From assembly GCF_005696695.1 (NCBI RefSeq), contig NZ_CP040006.1:2310001-2342000 (forward strand): 32,000 nt of DNA, read 5' to 3'. Made by a program: the position numbers and the translations under genes. Shown piece by piece: positions 25,406 to 32,000 of this stretch (position 1 is the stretch's first letter; each line of letters begins with the position of its first letter). The stretch comes from Schaalia odontolytica. Its GTDB lineage: Bacteria > Actinomycetota > Actinomycetes > Actinomycetales > Actinomycetaceae. The notes beneath the pieces were generated by a model. It made no database searches. It was not told where the DNA came from and was given only the letters and a program-made list of their open reading frames with translations.

Positions 25406-26266
25406 ATGGCTTTTTCTGCAACAGTACTCCGGGTAGCGATAGCGTCTCCGTCTGACGTCCCCGAATCGCGTGATGCAGTTGAAAGAGCACTTCACTCGTG
25501 GAATGAGGCCAACTCAGCCACGAAGAATGTCATGCTACTGCCGTGGAGATGGGAAACATCGTCAGTTCCCAAGCTCGGCAAGCATCCCCAAGTATTTGTC
25601 AATGAGCAGGGGGTTGATAAGGCAGACATAGTCATTGCCCTATTCGGTAGCAGGCTCGGAACTCCGACGCCTGAAGCAATCTCAGGAACCGTAGAAGAGA
25701 TCGAACGATCCGTAGAACACGGGAAACACGTACATCTCTATTTTTCTGAAGCCCCTCATCCAAATGACGTGGACGTTGAGCAGCTGAGCGCTCTTCGTTC
25801 TTTTCGTGAAGAGATCAGCGAAAGAGGACTCCTTGCGACATTCGCAAACCCGAGTCAGCTAGAACATAAGGTCTGGCAAGCAATCGAGCTAGACGTCTCA
25901 GAACTTGTTGACGGCGGGCAAGTTTTGACTCCAGCAAAAAAACGCGGAGCACAGTTTCGCGTCCAGTCGAAGCAAAGCCAGCAGCTCAAAGAAACAGACT
26001 CGCGAGGCAGAGCGAAATACACAACGAAGCACTGGCTAGAGGTCACGAACATCGGAGATTCCGCTGCCGAAAACGTAACATTTAGAGCAGAAGCCACTTC
26101 AGGTCCAATTTTTCTTGTCACGCCAGAACAGCCAATTCGACTCGATCCTAATGTGACCTGGAAGCTCAATTTCGACCTAACACTGGGGACTGGTGGCAGG
26201 CTCCAGCTGATCATTAGCTGGGATGAAAACGAAGATCACAAGACAGAACGCTTCGACTTTCAGTAG
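25406..26266 (+). CDS. uncharacterised two-domain protein: N-terminal TIR/DUF4062-like Rossmannoid domain plus C-terminal beta-rich (Ig/CARDB-like) domain
   Basis: N-terminal layout: LRVAIASPSDVPESRDAVERAL, LLPWRWE, ADIVIALFGSRLGTPTPEAISGTVEEIE, HVHLYF. C-terminal strands: WLEVTNIGDSAAENVTFRAE, VTWKLNFDLTLG, LQLIISW. GAGG lies 13 nt before the ATG. GC is about 47%. Confidence 0.55.
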   Translation: MAFSATVLRVAIASPSDVPESRDAVERALHSWNEANSATKNVMLLPWRWETSSVPKLGKHPQVFVNEQGVDKADIVIALFGSRLGTPTPEAISGTVEEIERSVEHGKHVHLYFSEAPHPNDVDVEQLSALRSFREEISERGLLATFANPSQLEHKVWQAIELDVSELVDGGQVLTPAKKRGAQFRVQSKQSQQLKETDSRGRAKYTTKHWLEVTNIGDSAAENVTFRAEATSGPIFLVTPEQPIRLDPNVTWKLNFDLTLGTGGRLQLIISWDENEDHKTERFDFQ

Positions 26267-26291
26267 GGCTACGCAAGCTTCGTCCCTGCAA

Positions 26292-26618
26292 TCAGCACTC
26301 AACCAGCGGCTTCCGATTTGAACCACCCAGGCAGCCAGCGAACACGAGCCACCAACTTTGTAGCAAGCCTGGCAGGATAGCTTCGAGAAGGTAGTCGGTG
26401 GCATGGACATCGACCATCTCAGCCATGAGTCTTGTAGCGTGCTCAGGAGCGAGTACGACAACGAGACCAGAGCCGTCTCCTCCGCCATAAGAAATGAACT
26501 CTTGGTAGCAGTTACCGAGAATGTCAGAGTTGATCGTTGAGCGGCCGGTGACGACGTGGTACACGTCGTCGGTGAGGATGTTGGTCATCCACTTCAGGGG
26601 CAACTGAGGCGTCTTCAT
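26292..26618 (-). pseudogene. 3' fragment of an unknown gene truncated by the ISL3 insertion
   Basis: Third codon positions are biased toward C/G, so the frame looks coding. However, its first 11 nt (ATGAAGACGCC) lie inside the ISL3 left inverted repeat (26608-26633), so the start codon is IS-derived and the true 5' part is missing. Confidence 0.45.
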
Positions 26619-27820
26619 AGTTGGGTGTGGGTGACAGGTGTTGGTCGGGGGTTACAGATAGAGGTTGAGTTTCTTGATGATGAGCGGGCTTCAATCCCCG
26701 CCTTCTCCAAGGACCCAAGTGGTGTCTTACCCTGCCTGATGTTGTTCTGCTTCGCTTGACCGGTGCAAGCGGTTTGATCTGCTCGTTGGGATGGAGGGTT
26801 TCCACCTCACAGGTGCAGCGCACTGCCAAGGGATCATGGTGCAGGATACTGAGTCGTGCAACCAGGTGGTGGGATGTCCTGAGTGTGGGGTAATTGCACA
26901 GGGCCATAAACGAGTGTAGGTGGAGATGATTGACGCGCCGTGGGCCGGGACGCGGACGCGGGTTAGGCGGGACAATACGGCGCTGGTGCTGCCGCGAAAA
27001 CGCCTGTCAGACGGTGACGTTCGTGGAGCACAATATGCGCGTGTGTGCCCTCAAGACGCGTGTAGATGTGCGGGCAATTCGGTGAGCGATCCGTCAGTTG
27101 CGCTTTTTGGGAGCCACCATCGCATATCTGGCCCGCCAGCTAAGCACGGGCGTAACACCGTGTGGTCCTAAATCAAATCCCTCTTCCAAGCTGCGGCCGA
27201 TCATCCCGACCGTTTCGCAGGCGTGCGGGCTCTAGGGGTGGATGAACACGTGTAGCACCACCAGAACAGACGCCAACGCGGCCCCATAGGCTCACCGGTA
27301 TCAAAACTCACCCGAGGAGAGACCACACCGCAGCCCACTTGCTGGACCTGGTCCCAGGCAGGTCTGGAACCATGTACAAGAACTGGCTGGCCAAGCGCGG
27401 CGAGCAGTTTCGCTCCGGCATCCAGCTCATGACACTGGACCCCTTCCACGGGCAGCACACACGCCATCGATTACCAACTCTAAGACGCCACCAGCGCCTC
27501 CAATGCCTTCCATGCCGATGAGGCGCACATCAGTGTCCAAGTCGCCTACTGTTACGATCAGCAAGGCCGAGGTTTACCAGACTGCCCCGTCCCCGAGCTT
27601 GCTCGCCAAAGGGTAAACCTTGGGGCGACGAAAAAAGGCGTTCTCGGCCTACTTCGACACCGACCGAGCAAACAACGGACCCACGGAAGCCACCAATAGA
27701 ATCCTAGAACTAGGCATACGAAACGCCAGAGGCTACCGCAACCCGACCAACTACCAACTCCGAATGCCCCTCATCGCAAGAGGCTTAGACGCCTCCACCC
27801 ACACCCAACTATGAAGAGCC
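26608..27820 (+). mobile_element. ISL3-family insertion sequence (1.2 kb), degraded
   Basis: IRL is GGCGTCTTCATAGTTGGGTGTGGGTG (26608-26633). The reverse complement of 27796-27820 is GGCTCTTCATAGTTGGGTGTGGGTG, giving 1 mismatch over 25 nt. Flanking 8-mers differ, so no target-site duplication remains. Confidence 0.8.
26710..27814 (+). pseudogene. ISL3-family transposase with stops, frameshifts and an internal deletion
   Basis: Fragments: DLLVGMEGFHLTG...GCPECGVIAQGHKRV*VEMIDAPWAGTRTRV; ..WNTVW-like; RLLDLVPGRSGTMYKNWLAKRGEQFRSGIQLMTLDPFHG; and the C-terminus YFDTDRANNGPTEATNRILELGIRNARGYRNPTNYQLRM. The 5' limit is approximate. Confidence 0.75.
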
Positions 27821-27859
27821 ACATCACCCGAGCACTCCTCGAAACAGGAGGATTCAGAA

Positions 27860-27887
27860 CCCAACTACACCCCAATTATCAAGAGCC
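27860..27887. repeat. solo ISL3-like terminal repeat remnant
   Basis: CCCAACTACACCCCAATTATCAAGAGCC resembles the IRR 40 bp upstream (CACCCAACTATGAAGAGCC) and has the same orientation. Confidence 0.45.
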
Positions 27888-27981
27888 CCGAATAGCACAC
27901 AACAGTCCTGGGCAGAATAACCAGACCATAACGATCCAGTGTTCCAAGATCTTTGGTCTCCTACCCCTACGAGACAATATT

Positions 27982-28009
27982 GCCTCCGCGCGGACATCCG
28001 CGCGGAGGC
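27982..28009 (-). terminator. terminator hairpin downstream of the membrane-protein gene
   Basis: A perfect 12-bp stem, GCCTCCGCGCGG / CCGCGCGGAGGC, with loop ACAT. It lies 22 nt after the stop at 28032 on the minus strand and is followed by AATATTGTCTC. Confidence 0.65.
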
Positions 28010-28031
28010 GGCACCATGATTGGGATTGGCA

Positions 28032-28961
28032 CTAGCTGAGCCAGGTTGGCTGCACGTAGCGGAAGAGCACGACGATCAGCGCTGGCACGCAGGCAAGCAG
28101 CAGGGCACCCAGGATGTAGTGCCAGCCCGGAACGGGAAGATGATCAACAAACCAGGTAGTGACTCCGCCCGCACGGCGCGTGGCAAGTCGGCGCTCTAGG
28201 AACTCTCGAATCATCATCGCAAGAGCAAAGAAGCAGAGCACAGCCGTCACGAGCATCGCCATGAAGGCCACTGAAACATAGGGGAAGGCTTGTTCAGCAC
28301 TGAGGAGATGGAAGGCATCGGCGAACGGTACCAGCTTCTCATCCCCGGCAGCTTCAGACAGCATTCGGCTTAGATCCGGCATCGACAGTCCGGACTTTCC
28401 TGTGGACAAGGTGAAGGACGACCAGTAGGTCGCGTAGGCAGAGGTAACCGCGAAGATACTTGCAACGATGGAGGAGCGAAGAGGCTTCGACACGTGCCTA
28501 CTCCGCAACGATAGGCCTGTAGTCAGCAATGACATCGTCATCAAGAACACGGAAGTGATGACGAGGATACCCACCAGAATCTCGTAGTACCTCATGAGGA
28601 AGATAGCAATGACGACGAAGGCAGCAAAGCCAAGGCCAATCATCAGCCACATGTCCCCATCGCTATCGGCCCTCGCCGACCTGCTCTCACCGGCGACAGT
28701 CACATGTGTCGAGTTGTCGTCACCAATATGCGTATAGTTTCGATCGCCGGCAACCATGGCGACATCACCATTCGCTGCCATCACCTGTTGGGTTACGGCG
28801 CCTCGTCCTGATGCTGTAGGTTCCGGAGCCATTGAGCCATCCGGGACCAGTTTCGCAAGAATGATCCCGGAGACAACGCCTGACACAACGCCAATCACAA
28901 GTTCAACAATCCAAGACACGGTCTTTCCTTTCTTATCGATCGCGGTCTTCATCGACAGCAT
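28032..28961 (-). CDS. uncharacterised polytopic membrane protein
   Basis: An N-terminal TM helix (WIVELVIGVVSGVVSGIILAKL) is followed by a roughly 70-aa Gly/Asp/Val-rich soluble stretch, then about 5-6 further TM helices. An alternative GTG start at 28919 is preceded by AAAGGAAAG. I recognise no family. Confidence 0.6.
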   Translation of the reverse strand: MLSMKTAIDKKGKTVSWIVELVIGVVSGVVSGIILAKLVPDGSMAPEPTASGRGAVTQQVMAANGDVAMVAGDRNYTHIGDDNSTHVTVAGESRSARADSDGDMWLMIGLGFAAFVVIAIFLMRYYEILVGILVITSVFLMTMSLLTTGLSLRSRHVSKPLRSSIVASIFAVTSAYATYWSSFTLSTGKSGLSMPDLSRMLSEAAGDEKLVPFADAFHLLSAEQAFPYVSVAFMAMLVTAVLCFFALAMMIREFLERRLATRRAGGVTTWFVDHLPVPGWHYILGALLLACVPALIVVLFRYVQPTWLS

Positions 28962-29081
28962 CTGACTGTCAAGCAGAGAGTAAGGTCAGCCATATACATC
29001 TGCGTACGGGCGTCAAACACCAGGCTTGTACTCACTGCTCTGCAAGGACATTTCCAGGGCCAAAACAAGAAGCCCAACCCC

Positions 29082-29099
29082 AACGCACAATTGTGCGTT
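29082..29099. promoter_or_regulatory. perfect 18-bp palindrome, candidate operator
   Basis: AACGCACAATTGTGCGTT lies in the divergent intergenic region between the membrane-protein gene and the DUF6318-like operon. Confidence 0.35.
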
Positions 29100-29248
29100 T
29101 CTGAGAGTTTGGATGGGAGGATTTGCGTGATGGTTGCGCAGCATTCTTGGTGTTTCGTGTCGGTTCTGCGCGTACCCTGATGAGAAAGGACGCACCCCCA
29201 AGGGTGGGGGCGCGCCGGAGGACACCTCACCGTGGAGGCACACACACC

Positions 29249-30049
29249 ATGAAGGTCCCACCCCTATCCGAGCAACCCGTCACCGAGGAAGAAGAGCACG
29301 CCTTCCTCGACCCGACGTCACGCCGCAAGAAGAGCTCCCTAGCAGACAGGAGAGCAGCACTACGCCCGTGGGCAATGGGTATCGGACTCACCGTACTGGT
29401 GGCTATGGCAGCTGTTGGTGCCTACACACTGGGTGCGAGCATCGGCTCGTGGAACGATCATCCCAGTGCCGCCGCAACACCCACCGTGCACCCCGCGCCC
29501 GCACCATCAGCATCCAGTGAACCTCCGATGTCAGGCGGCTACGAGATCGGCCCCGACGGCGTCCTCGTGCGACCCGCCGAGTACGCGGCAGACACCTACA
29601 CCAAGCCGGAGCTGCCCGAAGAAGCCAAGGAAAACACCGAACGCGGCGCCGAAGCCGCGGCGGAACACTACCTCGCGCTGCTTGTTTACGCGTGGAACAC
29701 CGGAGACACTCAACCATTCGCGGATATGTCCTCCCCATCATCACAGTTTGCATCGGCTATTGTCCGAGACATTAACGAACGATATGGCAGTGGATGGACA
29801 TACGGAATGGAATCGAACATCACACATATCCTTCGCGTTGAGCCGATTGAAGCAAACGGCAAAGATATTCCCGAAGGTTCTATCGTTGTGAAATATCGTG
29901 TCGATTCATACGACGGAACGTACTGCACCAAGACGAAAGTGCACACCGCCACCTCGAGGTATAAATCCACGTTGACCCTGATCATGACATGGCGCGACGG
30001 ACAGTGGGTTGAAACGCAGGGAAGATTTGCCGGTGATGAGAAAGAATAA
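29249..30049 (+). CDS. membrane-anchored extracytoplasmic protein with a DUF6318-like domain
   Basis: GGAGG lies 10 nt before ATG 29249. There is one TM helix (WAMGIGLTVLVAMAAVGAYTL), a Pro/Ala-rich linker, then PELPEEAKENTERGAEAAAEHYLALLVYAWNTGDTQPFADMSS. I recall this pattern from the actinobacterial DUF6318 family. Confidence 0.65.
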   Translation: MKVPPLSEQPVTEEEEHAFLDPTSRRKKSSLADRRAALRPWAMGIGLTVLVAMAAVGAYTLGASIGSWNDHPSAAATPTVHPAPAPSASSEPPMSGGYEIGPDGVLVRPAEYAADTYTKPELPEEAKENTERGAEAAAEHYLALLVYAWNTGDTQPFADMSSPSSQFASAIVRDINERYGSGWTYGMESNITHILRVEPIEANGKDIPEGSIVVKYRVDSYDGTYCTKTKVHTATSRYKSTLTLIMTWRDGQWVETQGRFAGDEKE

Positions 30050-30974
30050 ACCCTATACGTCTAGGGCCATCTATACTCTAGCCGTATGTCTTTGTCTTAC
30101 TTTCATTCCCAGTGCGGGATGGGCGTTTGGCGAAGCTGACGTGCAACTAAACAATTACACCGAAGGCGAAAACGCAGTAATTCAGGGGCTACTCGGTGAC
30201 AACGAACCTGATCCCGGCACCCCTTTCGGAAATCATAAACCGGCTGACGATATCCCTAGACTCACAAACTTGTTCGACACGAGCCCTGCTGCGCAGACAT
30301 ACGAAGACGCGGCACGCTGTAAGAACGTGTACGTCAATAGAGCTCCCAACAGCCCCACGGTCTCCGACGACGATACTGTCGATAACTGCCCACTCCCGTC
30401 AGACCCTGAGGGAGACTCCAATCAAGACCCAGGCCGCGTGCCCTCGACACGAGACCTCCTCTACCTAGCCACTGCCGTCATCCACGCCGACGGCGCCGGT
30501 CTCTACAAGCGGCCCGAGGGTGTGTCCTACACGAATAAGTACATCCCGACGATCGTCTCGGCTACGCGCCCCACGCAAACACACGTAGTGACGATGTTCG
30601 GCCGCGAGGTCACCGTGACATTCACAGCCACGTCCTACACGTGGAGCTGGGGTGACGGGACCCCGGATCTGACCACGACCTCGCCGGGGATGCCCTGGCA
30701 AGAAGGCATGGACCCCAACACTGACCCCGCCCTGATCCGTCACTACTACAAGGCGCCGAACGGGTGGAAGTCCTTCCTGGATGGGCCTTACCCCTCCGCA
30801 ACGCGCACCATCACACTGACCACGACCTGGGCGGGCACGGCCACCAACCCCTTCACCGGTGACACTCAGACCATCAACGGCTTGGTCACCACCACGGAAA
30901 CGACCGGCCCATTCAAGCTCGACCAACTCATCGTCAACAACACCGACACTTCAGAAGAAAAACAAGGCCACTAA
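30036..30974 (+). CDS. secreted protein with a PKD-like beta-sandwich motif
   Basis: The signal peptide is MRKNKPYTSRAIYTLAVCLCLTFIPSAGWAFG. It contains a TFTATSYTWSWGDGTP (WxxGDG) motif. The start overlaps the 3' end of the upstream gene. Confidence 0.6.
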   Translation: MRKNKPYTSRAIYTLAVCLCLTFIPSAGWAFGEADVQLNNYTEGENAVIQGLLGDNEPDPGTPFGNHKPADDIPRLTNLFDTSPAAQTYEDAARCKNVYVNRAPNSPTVSDDDTVDNCPLPSDPEGDSNQDPGRVPSTRDLLYLATAVIHADGAGLYKRPEGVSYTNKYIPTIVSATRPTQTHVVTMFGREVTVTFTATSYTWSWGDGTPDLTTTSPGMPWQEGMDPNTDPALIRHYYKAPNGWKSFLDGPYPSATRTITLTTTWAGTATNPFTGDTQTINGLVTTTETTGPFKLDQLIVNNTDTSEEKQGH

Positions 30975-30980
30975 AGCACT

Positions 30981-31014
30981 GAGGCCCCAGCCCACCATCG
31001 TGGGCTGGGGCCTC
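30981..31014. terminator. bidirectional terminator hairpin
   Basis: A perfect 15-bp stem, GAGGCCCCAGCCCAC / GTGGGCTGGGGCCTC, with loop CATC. It lies between convergent genes. Confidence 0.7.
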
Positions 31015-31022
31015 AACGTCAG

Positions 31023-31038
31023 TGTTTCACGTGAAACA
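31023..31038. other. parS centromere-like site (ParB/Spo0J binding), perfect consensus palindrome
   Basis: TGTTTCACGTGAAACA is identical to the bacterial parS consensus tGTTtCAcGTGAAAcA. It is intergenic. Confidence 0.8.
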
Positions 31039-31141
31039 GTCGCCGACGATCGGCGCGATTAGAAGCGAAACAGGGTTCGGAGAGACGGGACGGCAGTCAG
31101 CCCCACCAGCTCAGGTATGCGAACACCCCAGGCCCAGACAG

Positions 31142-32000
31142 TCACCCCTGCCTCTCGCGCAATGTCCGCGCGAGGAGGCCGTGCCTCGGCGCGAAGAGCC
31201 AGGCGAGCACGAAGCAGGCGGTCAGCACGAGGACGATCGTGGCGCCCGTGGGCACGTCCAGCGCCCACGACAGGTACAGGCCCACCAGGCCCCCGGAAGC
31301 CCCGAGCACGGGTGACAGGATCATCATGGTCCCCAGACGGTCGCACAGGAGCCGCGCGGTGGCCGCGGGGGTCACGAGGAGGGCCAGCACCAGGACGTTG
31401 CCGATCGTCTGCACGGAGATAACGACGGCCAGGGCCACGGCAACATACAGAGACAGGTCGGCCAGCAGCACGTGCACGCCCGCCGCCCGGGCGCTCTCGC
31501 GGTCCAGGGTCACGGCGACGATGGGCCGGTGCGCCAGGAACAGCATGAGCAACACGAACAACGCGCCAGCCAGCACCACGGGCACATCCGACGCCGGGAT
31601 GCCCGTGATCGACCCGAACAGGAAGTCCTGCAGGCTGCCCGCATACCCGGGCGCCCGCGCAATGATCGCGACGCCGAGCGCAAAAGCGCCGACGAAGAGC
31701 ACGCCAATGACGGAGTCCTCCTTGAGCCGCCGATTCTGCGCCAACAAGGCCACGAGCACGGCGGTCACGACGCCCGCGAGCGCCCCGCCGAACACCAGGG
31801 ACCCGCCGCACACGAAGGCGATCGCCAGGCCGGGGAACACGGAGTGCGCGACGGCGTCGCCGATGAACGCCATGCCGCGCAGGACGACGTGCACGCCGAC
31901 GCTGCCGCACACGAGCGCGGCGACGACCGCGATGAGCAGCGCGCGCGGCAGGAACGCCAGCGCGGGATTCGTCAGGTCGCGGAAGAAGTCGTAGGGGCTC
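31142..32000 (-). CDS. metal ABC transporter permease (ABC-3 family, ZnuB/MntB/TroD-like), 5' end outside window
   Basis: LRGMAFIGDAVAHSVFPGLAIAF is the ABC-3 signature, and the protein is polytopic. The frame stays open upstream of the annotated Met to the window edge (..LIAVVAALVCGSVG). Confidence 0.8.
   Translation of the reverse strand, partial: SPYDFFRDLTNPALAFLPRALLIAVVAALVCGSVGVHVVLRGMAFIGDAVAHSVFPGLAIAFVCGGSLVFGGALAGVVTAVLVALLAQNRRLKEDSVIGVLFVGAFALGVAIIARAPGYAGSLQDFLFGSITGIPASDVPVVLAGALFVLLMLFLAHRPIVAVTLDRESARAAGVHVLLADLSLYVAVALAVVISVQTIGNVLVLALLVTPAATARLLCDRLGTMMILSPVLGASGGLVGLYLSWALDVPTGATIVLVLTACFVLAWLFAPRHGLLARTLRERQG

Noticed and set aside
25406-28961. A possible Thoeris-like pair (TIR-like gene plus membrane effector).
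   Set aside because: The two genes are on opposite strands and separated by an unrelated gene fragment and IS debris. The membrane protein shows no SLOG, Macro or SIR2 sensor signature, and the TIR-like assignment is itself tentative.
1-32000. A search for CRISPR arrays, tRNA or rRNA genes, att-site direct repeats at island borders, and retron- or DGR-like repeats.
   Set aside because: By eye I found no regularly spaced direct repeats, no cloverleaf-like or rRNA-like segments, and no long direct repeats flanking either accessory region. The only flanking repeats are the hairpins and the IS inverted repeats reported above. A computational scan (tRNAscan-SE, Infernal, CRISPRCasFinder) would be needed to be certain.

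Overview
This is a high-GC chromosomal segment, most likely Actinomycetota: hand counts on sample 60-nt lines give about 65-72% GC in core genes. I cannot name the species.

Core content:
- A xylose locus: ROK-family xylR divergent from xylA-xylB. A PatB/MalY-type C-S lyase is translationally coupled to xylB, followed by an NhaC antiporter.
- A minus-strand carbohydrate ABC importer operon (SBP, ATPase, two permeases) ending in dhaK-dhaL, with a divergent DeoR regulator.
- A DUF6318-like and PKD-like secreted-protein pair.
- A perfect consensus parS site.
- The 3' part of a metal (ABC-3) permease gene.

Two lower-GC accessory insertions carry the interesting biology:
1. About 7.15-10.77 kb: a compact, intact two-gene SIR2 + HerA-like ATPase module (ATGA-coupled). 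It is bracketed by two related 15-bp-stem/4-nt-loop G/C palindromes.
2. About 18.5-29 kb: a decaying defence island. It holds:
   - a 1.7-kaa single-polypeptide Type ISP restriction-modification enzyme with a low-GC mosaic block in its methylase/specificity region;
   - a translationally coupled HEPN-like gene inactivated by one A-tract frameshift, one amber codon and an IS30 insertion;
   - an orphan TIR/DUF4062-like + beta-sandwich gene that the IS30 copy appears to have split off from the HEPN gene;
   - a gene fragment truncated by a degraded ISL3 element, plus a solo ISL3 end;
   - an uncharacterised polytopic membrane protein.

I recognised no tRNA, rRNA or CRISPR array. The many long ORFs antisense to real genes are high-GC shadow ORFs. 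All family assignments come from motif recognition by eye and need HMM or structure confirmation.
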